DNA of 64,000 nt from Candidatus Magasanikbacteria bacterium CG10_big_fil_rev_8_21_14_0_10_36_32 (GTDB taxonomy: Bacteria; Patescibacteriota; Patescibacteriia; Magasanikbacterales; GWA2-37-8): the NCBI GenBank assembly GCA_002778465.1, contig PFBV01000003.1:151736-215735 (forward strand), written 5' to 3'. Positions within the stretch are counted from its first letter, which is position 1, and each line of letters starts with the position of its first letter. The notes beneath the pieces are model-generated. The model was not told the origin of the DNA. It did not search any database and was given only the letters and a program-made list of their open reading frames with translations. A program made the translations under genes and the position numbers. Below are positions 47,923 to 58,388 of the stretch, piece after piece.

Positions 47923-48576
47923 TTACCAATCTTTCGTCGGATTTTCCAATTCTTCAATTATCTGTTCTCTTACTTTTTTTAAAGTACCTTCAAAAAAAAG
48001 ATATTCACTGTCACTTTGTAAAAATATTTTAACTTCAAAACGCGGTTCATTGCCTTTTTTTCCCCCATTTTTTTCTTTCTTAATGCAAATAATATCTTTG
48101 ATTTTATCTTGTAATCCACGATTTTCAAAAAAAATTCTTAATACTTCCGTCGCTGCTTTGGATGAATCTTCGTTTAATACTTCCGTTCTAAAAGATTTTA
48201 ACGAGGGTTTTTCATCAATCATCTCTTCTTCCAAATCTTTTTCTGGAACAAATGTTTTTTTACGCGGTGCAAATTTTTCCGCTTCAGCCAACAATTTTGG
48301 AATAGTTTTATTTTTTAATACTATTCTGGCTTTTTTAGTATTTTCTGCCTGCTCATCATATTGAATTAAAAATTTTTCAGTATAACGAACCCTTTTTTCT
48401 CCTTCAGGCGTAGTGTACTCTTCAATTAAACCATCTTCAATAGCAAAATTATAATCACCATTATCAGGATCCGGACGACCAAAATACGTGCGCTCGCCAA
48501 CCGCAAAATCGACTTGTCTCGGATAATTCATTTTTTCTTTTTTATCAGAAATTTCAGGACAGTATCTTTCGTTCAT
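47923..48576 (-). CDS. Hypothetical charged protein
   Basis: 217-aa ORF co-oriented with the helicase. Confidence 0.55.
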   Translation of the reverse strand: MNERYCPEISDKKEKMNYPRQVDFAVGERTYFGRPDPDNGDYNFAIEDGLIEEYTTPEGEKRVRYTEKFLIQYDEQAENTKKARIVLKNKTIPKLLAEAEKFAPRKKTFVPEKDLEEEMIDEKPSLKSFRTEVLNEDSSKAATEVLRIFFENRGLQDKIKDIICIKKEKNGGKKGNEPRFEVKIFLQSDSEYLFFEGTLKKVREQIIEELENPTKDW

Positions 48577-48677
48577 AAAATTAAATTAATTAAAAATCAT
48601 CCTTATCATAACAAAGATTGATTTTTTGGTCAAAGGGTGTTAAATTAAATCATAAAAACACTATCAATTATATAAAT

Positions 48678-49841
48678 ATGAAAACAAACAATTTTTTCAA
48701 AATTATCCATAAAGATAAAAAAACACGCGCTAGAATCGGCATTATTCACACTGATCATGGCGATATTGAAACTCCGGTTTTTATGCCGGTAGGAACGCAA
48801 GCGACAGTAAAAACTCTTGACCAAACTGATTTGAATGATTTAAAAACTAAAATTATTCTGGGCAATATTTATCATCTGCATTTACGCCCAGGTGAAAATT
48901 TAATTTCTAAATTCGGTGGTTTGCACAAATTCATGAATTGGAACAAACCGATTTTAACTGACAGCGGAGGATTTCAAGTGTTCAGTTTAGGTTTGCAAAA
49001 AACAAATAAAAACGGTGAAAATTTAATAAAAATTGATGAAAATGGCGTAACTTTTCGTTCACATATTGACGGCTCAAAACATCGTTTCACACCGGAAAAC
49101 GCTACGCAAATCCAGCACAAAATAGGCGCTGATATTATTATGGCTTTTGACGAATGTACACCTGATTCGGCTGATTTAAAATATACAAAAGAAGCGATGG
49201 AACGAACACATCGCTGGGCTAAACGATGTGTTAAGGAACATAAAAAATTAAATAAAAAAAATAATTACCAACAATTTTTATTTGGTATAATCCAGGGCGC
49301 AAATCATAAAAATCTACGGCAAGAATCAGCTAAATTTATTTCCCAATTAGATTTTGACGGAATTGCCATCGGCGGAGAATCAATCGGATATAATATGAAA
49401 GCGACAAAAAATATTTTGAACTGGGTGTGGCCTTTTATTCCTGAAAACAAACCCCACTATGCCATGGGGGTAGGATTATCACCGACTGACCTGTTGGAAG
49501 TAATTGCCGGCGGGATTGATATGTTTGATTGTGTAGCTCCAACTCGCCTTGCTCGACACGGTATGTTTTTTGTTCACGATAAAAAAAATAAATTCCGATT
49601 AAATATTACCAACGCCACTTTTACCAAAGACAGTAAACCGATTGATGACAAATGCTCCTGCTTAACTTGTAAAAATTATTCCAGAGCTTATCTACACCAT
49701 CTTTTTACGACCGATGAACTAACCGGTATGCGATTAGCTACTATTCATAATATTCATTTTATGTTGGAATTGATGAATAAAACGCGTCAAGCGATAAAAA
49801 ATAATAAATTTTCCGAATTCAAAAAAACTTGGTATAAATAA
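48678..49841 (+). CDS. tgt: Queuine tRNA-ribosyltransferase
   Basis: ETPVFMPVGT, LTDSGGFQVFSL, GIIQG, DMFDCV.PTR, CSCLTC. Confidence 0.97.
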   Translation: MKTNNFFKIIHKDKKTRARIGIIHTDHGDIETPVFMPVGTQATVKTLDQTDLNDLKTKIILGNIYHLHLRPGENLISKFGGLHKFMNWNKPILTDSGGFQVFSLGLQKTNKNGENLIKIDENGVTFRSHIDGSKHRFTPENATQIQHKIGADIIMAFDECTPDSADLKYTKEAMERTHRWAKRCVKEHKKLNKKNNYQQFLFGIIQGANHKNLRQESAKFISQLDFDGIAIGGESIGYNMKATKNILNWVWPFIPENKPHYAMGVGLSPTDLLEVIAGGIDMFDCVAPTRLARHGMFFVHDKKNKFRLNITNATFTKDSKPIDDKCSCLTCKNYSRAYLHHLFTTDELTGMRLATIHNIHFMLELMNKTRQAIKNNKFSEFKKTWYK

Positions 49842-50020
49842 AATAAACTCAAAAAACCCGCTAAAAGCGGGTTTTTTGTTTTATAAAATAATTCCTACTG
49901 TCCGATGGGTGAATAAAAACAAAGTATTGACAAAATCATAAAAATATGTTATTATACTCCGTTGTTCTTTAGAAAAATAACTAAACGGCCATTAATGGCC
50001 CAAAAACAAGGAGAAAAACA

Positions 50021-50305
50021 ATGAAATATCCGACAATGTTCATTGCTCGCGTGATGATAACTCTGCCAGAACAGAAACAGCTTCGCGCCGCACTGAACTC
50101 CGGCGTGGACACCCCTGTCGGTGAATATCTCTATCAGATGTGCTACTTCAAGCTCACTCCGGACTACATCCTCAATAAAGTAAGAATGCCGCCCGGCACA
50201 AAGGAACGACAAATAGCCCAAAGAATTCTGAAATGTCGTGAACTCTACGCCGAATGGCGCCGTCTCTACATCAAGGAATGGCGCCAGACAAAACAAAAAA
50301 ATTAA
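50021..50305 (+). CDS. Hypothetical basic protein
   Basis: 94 aa; AAGGAG RBS; own promoter and terminator. Confidence 0.55.
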   Translation: MKYPTMFIARVMITLPEQKQLRAALNSGVDTPVGEYLYQMCYFKLTPDYILNKVRMPPGTKERQIAQRILKCRELYAEWRRLYIKEWRQTKQKN

Positions 50306-50386
50306 CCTCGTCAGCCGACTGCTCTTTTCCAAAAAAAAGACCCCCGCGACTATAATTGTCCGGGGGTCATTTTAATTTTATGATGA

Positions 50387-50785
50387 TTATTTAACAAGAC
50401 ATTCTCTTCCTTGAATAATATCCATCGCGCCGGGAGTAGCGCCTTTTATCAACTCATCAGTTCTTTCCTTGCCAAGTTTATCCAAAAAACATTCCTGCAT
50501 AGCCGGCGTTATTTCTGTCGGCAACAAATCAACATTAACTCCCAAATTTTCTAAAGTTTTTTCTTGTTCTGCGTTAAGCAACGGGTTTTTATCATTAGAC
50601 ACATTTGTTTTTTCAACATTAACATCGACGACAGAAGAATTTTCGGTTATATTTTGGCTTAAATAACTATTAATAATCCCACCGATTAATTTTACCCTTA
50701 AATTCATCGGATTAAAAACAATAATAATTAGAGATACTATGGCTAATAAAATTATTATGACCAATGACTGTATTATTTTTTTCAT
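50387..50785 (-). CDS. Hypothetical membrane-anchored protein
   Basis: N-terminal TM helix, two C-terminal Cys. Confidence 0.6.
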   Translation of the reverse strand: MKKIIQSLVIIILLAIVSLIIIVFNPMNLRVKLIGGIINSYLSQNITENSSVVDVNVEKTNVSNDKNPLLNAEQEKTLENLGVNVDLLPTEITPAMQECFLDKLGKERTDELIKGATPGAMDIIQGRECLVK

Positions 50786-50852
50786 AAAATTAATTAAAAT
50801 ATTTATTAATGACAATTACAACTTGCTTGGTTGTAATTTTTATTTTAAAAAA

Positions 50853-51176
50853 TTAATCTGCTATTCTTAAATTCATGCCTAGCGCCAATTCAATTGCTAA
50901 TCTCACATTTTCCTTATCACTCACTTCTCCCAGAGTTCCGCTGTAAAAAGTTATTTTTCCTTGTTTAGGAAAAATCCATCCACCTTCTAAATCACGCCTA
51001 TCTTTATCCCGCGTCATTTTACCATGTCCTGATTTTGCCACAGTCACAACAAAATTGTCTTTGTTCACAGCATAAGCCAACTGATCAATTTTTTTTAAAT
51101 TAACTCCTTCCAGTTCAAAGGACTTGCGAACTTCATAGGGACTATAATGTTGAAATTCATTTTGAAATTTTTCCAT
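50853..51176 (-). CDS. Hypothetical protein
   Basis: 107-aa ORF. Confidence 0.5.
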   Translation of the reverse strand: MEKFQNEFQHYSPYEVRKSFELEGVNLKKIDQLAYAVNKDNFVVTVAKSGHGKMTRDKDRRDLEGGWIFPKQGKITFYSGTLGEVSDKENVRLAIELALGMNLRIAD

Positions 51177-51254
51177 AAAAAATAATTATAAACAAACTTA
51201 TTGTAAGTTTATCATAAAAAGCATATAATTTCAAATGTATTTTACTTTAACTTT

Positions 51255-51716
51255 ATGATACACATTAATTTAATTTGTCTTGGAAAACTTAAAGAAAAAT
51301 TTTGGCGTGAAGCCGAAAATGAATACCTAAAACGTTTATCTGCTTTCTCTAAAATAAAAATTCATGAATTAAAGGAAGAATCATTTAATGAAAAAAATTC
51401 GCCTAAAATCATAAAACAAAAAGAGGCGGAGAAAATTTTATCAATTTTAAAAAAACAAGACGGTTTAATTATTGCGCTAGATGAACACGGCCAACAATTT
51501 TCTTCAATTGCTTTTGCCGAAAAAATAAAACCAGCCGGAAAAATTACTTTTATTATCGGCGGACCGCTTGGTTTAGATGAATCTGTTTTAAAAATCGCCA
51601 ATTTAAAACTTTCCCTGTCATCAATGACTTTTACCCACCAAATGGTTCGGGTAATTCTTTGGGAACAAACTTACCGGGCAATGATGATTAATAGCAACAG
51701 AAAATATCACTATTGA
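51255..51716 (+). CDS. rlmH: 23S rRNA m3-pseudouridine methyltransferase RlmH
   Basis: GKLKEK, ALDEHG, FIIGGPLGL, MTFTHQMVRVILWEQTYRA..KYH. Confidence 0.95.
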   Translation: MIHINLICLGKLKEKFWREAENEYLKRLSAFSKIKIHELKEESFNEKNSPKIIKQKEAEKILSILKKQDGLIIALDEHGQQFSSIAFAEKIKPAGKITFIIGGPLGLDESVLKIANLKLSLSSMTFTHQMVRVILWEQTYRAMMINSNRKYHY

Positions 51717-51911
51717 TTGCTAAAAACTGTAAATCTGTTAGAATAAACATAATCCCCGCGCCAAGAGCGGCGGGGTATCTGGACAAGTTTTTTAAAAGCA
51801 GTGTCGGCTCCGCCGACATTATTCACACTATTGTCCGCTTATCCTGCGACAAAATCACAGAATAATCGCGGACTTTTAATAAAGAGACTTTTCTTTCTTA
51901 TATTATATATT

Positions 51912-52895
51912 ATGAACAAAAAAGAAATTATCGTATCCGGCATTCAGCCAACAGGAAATCTGCATATCGGCAATTATTTGGGCGCTGTAAAAAAATGGGT
52001 GGAACTGCAAAATTCCGGTAAATATGAAATGTACATTTTTATCGCTGATTTGCACGCCTTAACCGGAAAAATGACAGCTGACGAACTGCGGACACAAATT
52101 AACAAAACTTGCGCCGAATTGCTGGCGGCCGGCATTGACCCGAAAAAAACCACTTTTTTTGTTCAATCACACATTCAGGAACATGCCGAACTGGCCTGGA
52201 TTTTTAATTGTGTCACACCGATAAATGAACTAGAACGAATGACCCAATATAAAGATAAGGTAGCGCAATTTAAAAATGCCACCGCTGGACTGTTTACTTA
52301 TCCAATTCTGCAAGCGGCAGATATTTTGCTTTATCATGGTGACTTGGTGCCGGTCGGACAAGATCAAATACAGCATGTGGAATTAACCCGCGACACTGCC
52401 CGCTGGTTTAACAATAAATACGAACAATATTTTCCTGAAACAAAACACTTGCTCACTCCGACGCCAAAAATTATGAGCTTGCTTGAACCCAATAAAAAAA
52501 TGAGTAAAAGTTTGGGACAAGACCATGTGATTGAATTATCTGACGAACCGGAAATTATAGAAAACAAAATTAAAAAAGCGGTCACTGCCACAGAAGGAGG
52601 AGGTGTGGCACCGGGTGTGGCCAACTTATTGGTCTTAATAAAAGAATTTGGTGACCAAAAAACTTATGAAAAATTTATCCAAATGGAAAAAGATAAAACC
52701 ATCCGCTATGGAGATTTAAAAAAAGAATTAGGCGAAGCTGTTGGCAAATATTTTTCCAACTTTCGAACCGAACGGGCTAAACTTTTGAGAGATGAAAAAA
52801 AATTAACCAAGATAATGTCAGTCGGAACAAAAAAAGCTAAAAAGGTCGCGGAAAAAACCATGATTGACATCAGAAAAATAATCGGTCTTAAATAA
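51912..52895 (+). CDS. trpS: Tryptophan--tRNA ligase
   Basis: SGIQPTGNLHIGNYLG, YPILQAADIL, VPVGQDQ, KMSKS; start MNKKEII. Confidence 0.97.
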   Translation: MNKKEIIVSGIQPTGNLHIGNYLGAVKKWVELQNSGKYEMYIFIADLHALTGKMTADELRTQINKTCAELLAAGIDPKKTTFFVQSHIQEHAELAWIFNCVTPINELERMTQYKDKVAQFKNATAGLFTYPILQAADILLYHGDLVPVGQDQIQHVELTRDTARWFNNKYEQYFPETKHLLTPTPKIMSLLEPNKKMSKSLGQDHVIELSDEPEIIENKIKKAVTATEGGGVAPGVANLLVLIKEFGDQKTYEKFIQMEKDKTIRYGDLKKELGEAVGKYFSNFRTERAKLLRDEKKLTKIMSVGTKKAKKVAEKTMIDIRKIIGLK

Positions 52896-52901
52896 AATTT
52901 T

Positions 52902-53180
52902 ATGTCTGAAACAATAGAACCATCTTTTGGTGATTCTCGTAATATTATTGAGAAATTTGACCAAATTACCAATGAAGATATTGCGTCAGTCAGAAACAAA
53001 ATCCTTCCAGAATGTTTAGAGGAATTTGATTCTCTAAATCAAGAAACAAAAATGCGATTTGCTCTTTTAAACAAACTGTCACCGTCTGAAATTAAACAAA
53101 TACTGACCGCCGGATATCTGCCTGGTTTACACAATATTAAAAACGAATTAACAAAATATTACTTACTCACTAACCAATAA
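52902..53180 (+). CDS. Hypothetical protein
   Basis: 92-aa ORF tightly packed in the operon. Confidence 0.5.
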   Translation: MSETIEPSFGDSRNIIEKFDQITNEDIASVRNKILPECLEEFDSLNQETKMRFALLNKLSPSEIKQILTAGYLPGLHNIKNELTKYYLLTNQ

Positions 53181-53182
53181 TT

Positions 53183-53593
53183 ATGGAAAATCAAACTGCG
53201 CCCGCTTCTGCTAAAATAATTATCATTAAAAATATATATTTTTACCTTGTTTCGTTTGTCGCTTTAATGATGGTGGTTTTTGCTTTGGCTAATTTGATAA
53301 ATATTGCTTTAAAAACTTGGGTTTTTACTAATGCGGATAATTTTTACTATGGTCCGATTTCAACAGAATGCGGTATTCTGGTAAAATCAACCGACTCTGC
53401 AGAAAATGCCACCACCAGACAAATGACTCCTGAGGAGTGCATTAAACAAGACGAAACTAATCGCCAACGTGAAAAAGACAGTCAAGCTTCCCAAAAACAA
53501 CGCGATGCTGTGCGTGATATATCTTTAATTGTTGTTGGTATTCCGCTATTTATTCTTCATTGGCGCGCTTTAAGAAAAAAAGAAAATGTCTAA
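53183..53593 (+). CDS. Conserved two-TM protein (DUF5671-like)
   Basis: IYFYLVSFVALMM..., IVVGIPLFILHW. Confidence 0.65.
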   Translation: MENQTAPASAKIIIIKNIYFYLVSFVALMMVVFALANLINIALKTWVFTNADNFYYGPISTECGILVKSTDSAENATTRQMTPEECIKQDETNRQREKDSQASQKQRDAVRDISLIVVGIPLFILHWRALRKKENV

Positions 53594-54161
53594 TCGACGC
53601 TGGATAAAACAAATAATTTTTATCGCGCTGGCCTTGGTATTGATTATTCCTAGCTGGCGATTTATTGACAAAAAAATAATCAAACAAAAAAAAGATATTC
53701 AATCGTCATCTGTTATTAATAATATGATTTTAAATAGTATTGCTTTTAAGCGTAATGGTTATTTGCCGGCAAAATACTCATGTGACGGTCTTAATGTAAA
53801 TCCTCCGCTAAAAATTACAGAAATTCCTACTAATGCTTCCAGTTTAGTTTTAATTTTTAACGATCCGGATACGGACACCGGACAATGGACTCATTGGTTA
53901 TTATGGAATATTTCTCCTACCACAAAAATAATCGAAGAAAATAATATACCAGAAGAAGCGATTGTCGGCCAAAATGATTTTGGAAACAAAAAATATGAAG
54001 GACCTTGTCCGCCAAATGGTACACATCATTATATTTTTGAACTTTATGCTTTGGACAATAAATTAAATCTGCCGGATGGGGCCGATAAAAATATGGTAAA
54101 AGAAGCCATGATTGGACACATAATCACCCAAACAGAATTAACCGGACTTTACAGTCGTTAA
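53586..54161 (+). CDS. YbhB/YbcL (PEBP/Raf kinase inhibitor-like) protein
   Basis: DPD, WTHWLLWNI, YEGPCPP, HHYIFELYALD. Confidence 0.92.
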   Translation: MSNRRWIKQIIFIALALVLIIPSWRFIDKKIIKQKKDIQSSSVINNMILNSIAFKRNGYLPAKYSCDGLNVNPPLKITEIPTNASSLVLIFNDPDTDTGQWTHWLLWNISPTTKIIEENNIPEEAIVGQNDFGNKKYEGPCPPNGTHHYIFELYALDNKLNLPDGADKNMVKEAMIGHIITQTELTGLYSR

Positions 54162-54164
54162 AAT

Positions 54165-54647
54165 ATGACAACAAAACTACAATTACAAAAAGGTTTTTCT
54201 GCCGCAATCAATGAGGCAAAAAAAGGTATCCGCCAAAAACATGGCGGACCTTTCGGCGCGGCTATAATTAAAAATGAAAAAATTATAGCTCTTGGACACA
54301 ATACTGTTTTAAAAAATAACGATCCAACCGCTCATGCCGAAATAAATGCCATACGCGCCGCGACAAAAAAATTAAAATCTCCACATCTAAAAAATTGTAT
54401 TTTAATCGCCACTTCTGAACCATGCCCAATGTGCTTAACAACATCATACTGGGCAAAAATAAAAGCCATTTATTATGCTCTGCCAAAATCGGTTGCCGAC
54501 GATGCCGGGTTTCAAGATAATTTTATTTATAAAGATTTGGCCAAACCAATAAAAAAAAGAAAATTAAAATTAATTTGTTTTCCTTCTTCTATTAAAGACA
54601 GTAAAATGATTTTTACCGACTGGAAAAAAACCGGAAAATTATACTAA
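54165..54647 (+). CDS. Zn-dependent deaminase, guanine deaminase (GuaD)-like
   Basis: GGPFGA, DPTAHAEINAIR, EPCPMC, AGFQD.FIY. Confidence 0.85.
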   Translation: MTTKLQLQKGFSAAINEAKKGIRQKHGGPFGAAIIKNEKIIALGHNTVLKNNDPTAHAEINAIRAATKKLKSPHLKNCILIATSEPCPMCLTTSYWAKIKAIYYALPKSVADDAGFQDNFIYKDLAKPIKKRKLKLICFPSSIKDSKMIFTDWKKTGKLY

Positions 54648-54776
54648 AAACTAAATTATCTAAATCACCACTCTATTCCGTCTCATTGACGGAATTTTGT
54701 TTATTGACAATTAACCAATTTAATGATATATAAATAATATTAGAGTTCTTTTAAAACACAACCAAAAAGGAGAAAA

Positions 54777-55985
54777 ATGTTCACCAAAAAAATTTTGGAG
54801 CGTTATGCGCAAGTCTTGGTTTGGGCTTTAGAGCAAGCAAGGGCTGGTTCGGGTGGAATTTACCGCCCTGGCGATATTGTATCAATAACTTTCCACATCG
54901 GCGGCTTAAAGTTGGCAGAAGCTGTCCATAAAACACTTCTGTCCAAAGGTCTCTGTCCTGTTCTTGAATTAAGACAAACCGCCGGAATGGAATCAAATTT
55001 CTACAAATTAGCCAATGACCAGCAAATGGAATTTCGCACTCCTTGGTGCGACCAGCTATGCCATTCGTTAAACGGCGATATTTATATCTTGGCTCCGGAT
55101 TCTATTTCCCATCTGGTCAAAACTGATCCAAAAAAACTTTCCCGGCGGGCGATAATTTTAAAACAAGGCCAAAAAATTCTTGAGAAACGTGAAGAATGTG
55201 GAGAATACGGATGGACACTCTGTTGCTTGCCAACCGCCGCTCAAGCTGCGGCAGCCGGAATGACTATTCGTGAATATGGCAACGAAATCATCCGAGCCTG
55301 TTATTTAGACAATAATAATCCGGTTGCAATCTGGGAATCTTTAACAAGAAAATCACAACACATCAAAAACTGGTTAAAACAACTAGATATCAGACATGTT
55401 CATGTTGAATCAGATAATATCGACTTATCGGTCAATATCGGACAAGATAGAAAATGGGTTGGTTTTTCCGGTTGCAATATCCCGGGTTTTGAAATTTTTA
55501 CTTCACCGGATTATCGTGGCACCAATGGTATCTACTACTCCAATATGCCATCCTATCGTCTCGGACACTTAATTCGTGGCGTAAGGCTGGAATTCAAACA
55601 GGGCGATGTCGTCCGTGCCACAGCTGAAGAAGGTGAGGATTTTCTGCGCGGACAACTAAATACCGATACCGGTGCAAAACGTTTGGGTGAATTTTCGCTG
55701 ACCGACAAAAGAATGTCGCCAATCAGCCGTTTCATGGCAGAAACGCTCTACGACGAAAACGTCGGCAATCCAAATGGAAATTGCCACGTGGCCATCGGTA
55801 ACAGCTATAGTGATACATACAGTGGAAACGAACAGTTAAACGACGAAAAAAAATCACTGCTCGGCTTCAACGATTCAGCCATCCACTGGGATTTGGTCAA
55901 TACCGAATCAAAACGCGTCACCGCCCTTCTTAAAGGCGGTGTAAAAAAAGTAATCTACGACGACGGAATCTTTTTGGTTGATTAA
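54777..55985 (+). CDS. Aminopeptidase, M29 family
   Basis: NIPGFEIFTSP, LGEFSL, TLYDEN, HVAIG, SAIHWDLV. Confidence 0.9.
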   Translation: MFTKKILERYAQVLVWALEQARAGSGGIYRPGDIVSITFHIGGLKLAEAVHKTLLSKGLCPVLELRQTAGMESNFYKLANDQQMEFRTPWCDQLCHSLNGDIYILAPDSISHLVKTDPKKLSRRAIILKQGQKILEKREECGEYGWTLCCLPTAAQAAAAGMTIREYGNEIIRACYLDNNNPVAIWESLTRKSQHIKNWLKQLDIRHVHVESDNIDLSVNIGQDRKWVGFSGCNIPGFEIFTSPDYRGTNGIYYSNMPSYRLGHLIRGVRLEFKQGDVVRATAEEGEDFLRGQLNTDTGAKRLGEFSLTDKRMSPISRFMAETLYDENVGNPNGNCHVAIGNSYSDTYSGNEQLNDEKKSLLGFNDSAIHWDLVNTESKRVTALLKGGVKKVIYDDGIFLVD

Positions 55986-56036
55986 AATTTTTTAATCTTT
56001 AAGCCCTCTGTAATGCAGAGGGCTTTTTTAAAAAAA

Positions 56037-56954
56037 CTAAACTTTTCTGTTGCGTACAATAACAAAAACCAAAAAAATAGTCATTAAAGCAATTAATCCA
56101 AATAAACCAAACACCACCGTCGGTTTATCCGCCAAAGGCAATCTGGACAAATTCATTCCATAAATTCCAGCCAACAAAGTTAAAGGCATTAATCCTACTG
56201 AAATAAAAGTCAAAATACTGATTACCCGATTTGTGTGTTGTGAAATAAGAGATTCATTTGTCCAATGCAATCCATCAATCATATCTTTAAAATTTTCCAC
56301 TTCCACCCACATTTTTTCTATATAATCATGAATGTTGTCAAAATAATCACCCATTTCCTGAGGAATAAAGTCACGGTTGATGTTAGTCATGGTGGCTAAA
56401 GTAAATCTTTGAGGATCAAGTATCCGGCGCAATGTTAAAACGGAACGACGGATATAAGCTAAATCATGAGCCACGCTTTTTAATTCATTCTCATAAACAT
56501 TATCCTCAACTCGTCCAATTTGATTATCAATTAAATCAATCACCGCGTATGATTCGCGAAATAATTTTTCCATTAATTTATACAAAATAAAACTCGGACT
56601 TTTGTCTAACCACATCTTTTTAAATTTGGCGCTTTGGGCTATTTTATTAAAAAAATTTTCAAATGCCGGAAATGGTTTTTGAGAAATTGTTATCAATGTA
56701 TCGCCGGTAATAAAAATATCCACCTCTAAACCGCGCGTTCTTCTATTTTCTTGGTCATAATAAGGAAAAATAGCAATCAAAAAAAGATAATACTTATAAA
56801 CATCCAGCTTTGGACGCTGTTGTTCAGACATTACGTCTTCAATATCCAATGTATGAAATTTAAAATTATCCTTAAGATAATTTTCTGTTTCCTCATTAAC
56901 ACTATCAATATATATCCAACGTCCTTTTTTGCCGGTCAATTCTTGAATAGCCAT
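56037..56954 (-). CDS. corA: CorA-family Mg2+ transporter
   Basis: QRPKLD, PLTLLAGIYGMN (GMN motif), two C-terminal TM helices. Confidence 0.92.
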   Translation of the reverse strand: MAIQELTGKKGRWIYIDSVNEETENYLKDNFKFHTLDIEDVMSEQQRPKLDVYKYYLFLIAIFPYYDQENRRTRGLEVDIFITGDTLITISQKPFPAFENFFNKIAQSAKFKKMWLDKSPSFILYKLMEKLFRESYAVIDLIDNQIGRVEDNVYENELKSVAHDLAYIRRSVLTLRRILDPQRFTLATMTNINRDFIPQEMGDYFDNIHDYIEKMWVEVENFKDMIDGLHWTNESLISQHTNRVISILTFISVGLMPLTLLAGIYGMNLSRLPLADKPTVVFGLFGLIALMTIFLVFVIVRNRKV

Positions 56955-57084
56955 AAATTTAAATATTAGCCATAATTTAATTAAATTTATTATATCAAAA
57001 AAATAACTAATCCTCAACAACCAAACTAACAAATTAATACTTGACAAAAGTTTAATTTTGTTGTATAAATATATCACTTAAACA

Positions 57085-57119
57085 AGTGGGATCCTGACCA
57101 CTCGGGAGTTTGTACCACT
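57085..57119 (+). promoter_or_regulatory. Probable L1-binding autoregulatory leader
   Basis: AGTGG-GA..inner hairpin..TA-CCACT just upstream of rplA, resembling GUGGGA...ACCAC L1 operator sites. Confidence 0.55.
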
Positions 57120-57133
57120 AACATTTTATTCAT

Positions 57134-57811
57134 ATGTCAAAAAGAATGGACGCTTTACGCGCCAAAATAGACAAAAACAAAGTGTATCCGATTGACGAAG
57201 CGATTGCTTTGATCAAAGACACATCAAATGTTAAATTTGATGCCAGCGTGGAAATTCACGCTTTGTTGGGTGTTGACCCAAAAAAAGGTGAACAACAAAT
57301 TCGCGCCACCGTTGTCTTGCCTCACGGCACAGGTAGATCAAAAAAAGTCGCCGCTTTTGTTTCTTCTGAAAAAGAAAAAGAAGCCAAAGAAGCCGGGGCT
57401 GATTTTATCTACGGTGAAGAAGAAATTAAAAAAATTAAAGATACGGGTAAAATTGAATTTGATATCGCTGTCACCACTCCTGATATGATGCCGAAACTGG
57501 CCGCTATCGCTAAAGTGTTAGGACCTAAAGGTTTGATGCCAAACCCAAAAACAGAAACAGTCGGTCCAAATGTCAAAAAAATGGTTGAAGAATTAAAAAA
57601 AGGAAAAATTACTTTTAAAAATGATGATACGGCCAATGTTCATCAAAGCATCGGCAAAATCAGTTTCAGCAACGATCAACTAAAAGAAAATTACACGGCT
57701 TTTTTAGAAGCATTGCAAAAAGCCAAACCGGCAACAACCAAAGGAACTTATGTAAAAAATTTGGTTATTTCCAGCAGTATGGGCCCGGGAATAAAAATTT
57801 CCGACAAATAA
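57134..57811 (+). CDS. rplA: 50S ribosomal protein L1
   Basis: KFDASVE, LPHGTG, LGPKGLMPNPK, SSSMGPG. Confidence 0.97.
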   Translation: MSKRMDALRAKIDKNKVYPIDEAIALIKDTSNVKFDASVEIHALLGVDPKKGEQQIRATVVLPHGTGRSKKVAAFVSSEKEKEAKEAGADFIYGEEEIKKIKDTGKIEFDIAVTTPDMMPKLAAIAKVLGPKGLMPNPKTETVGPNVKKMVEELKKGKITFKNDDTANVHQSIGKISFSNDQLKENYTAFLEALQKAKPATTKGTYVKNLVISSSMGPGIKISDK

Positions 57812-57899
57812 AAACAATCAAAAAAAATCCCTCGTTTTTACGAGGGATTTTTTCTTGTCAAAAAGTTACTCAGCTGATAAAATATCGGTATAATTTTAT

Positions 57900-58388
57900 A
57901 TGATTCAAAACCGCCAACGTCCAGACTGGGACGAATATTTTATGGAAATCGCCAATGCAGCCGCCAAACGCGCCACTTGTGATCGCGGATATAGCGGCTG
58001 TGTTATTACACGCGAAAAACAAATTTTAGTCACCGGTTATGTCGGTTCACCAGCCGGATTACCTCATTGTGATGAGATTGGACATAAAATTAAAACTGTC
58101 ACTCACGAAGATGGACATCAAAGTCAACACTGCCAACGAACCGCCCATGCCGAAGCTAACGCCATCTGTCAGGCGGCAAAAATTGGAACTTCTGTTAACA
58201 AAGGAACTCTCTATTGCAAAATGACACCTTGCGCCGCTTGCGCCAAAATGATAATCAATTCCGGAATCGTCCGAGTGGTCTGCGACAAACGTTATCACGA
58301 GGGACAAGAAACTGAAGAACTATTCAAGACCGCAAACATAGAATTAAAATATTTTGATGGTAAGCTTGAACATTATGACAAACAATAA
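57900..58388 (+). CDS. dCMP deaminase (ComEB-like)
   Basis: RPDWDEYFM, RATCDR, HAEANAI, TPCAAC. Confidence 0.92.
   Translation: MIQNRQRPDWDEYFMEIANAAAKRATCDRGYSGCVITREKQILVTGYVGSPAGLPHCDEIGHKIKTVTHEDGHQSQHCQRTAHAEANAICQAAKIGTSVNKGTLYCKMTPCAACAKMIINSGIVRVVCDKRYHEGQETEELFKTANIELKYFDGKLEHYDKQ

Noticed and set aside
51801-51911. N-terminal extension of TrpS, or a T-box leader
   Set aside because: TrpS homology starts at ATG 51912; no AGGGTGGNACC T-box motif
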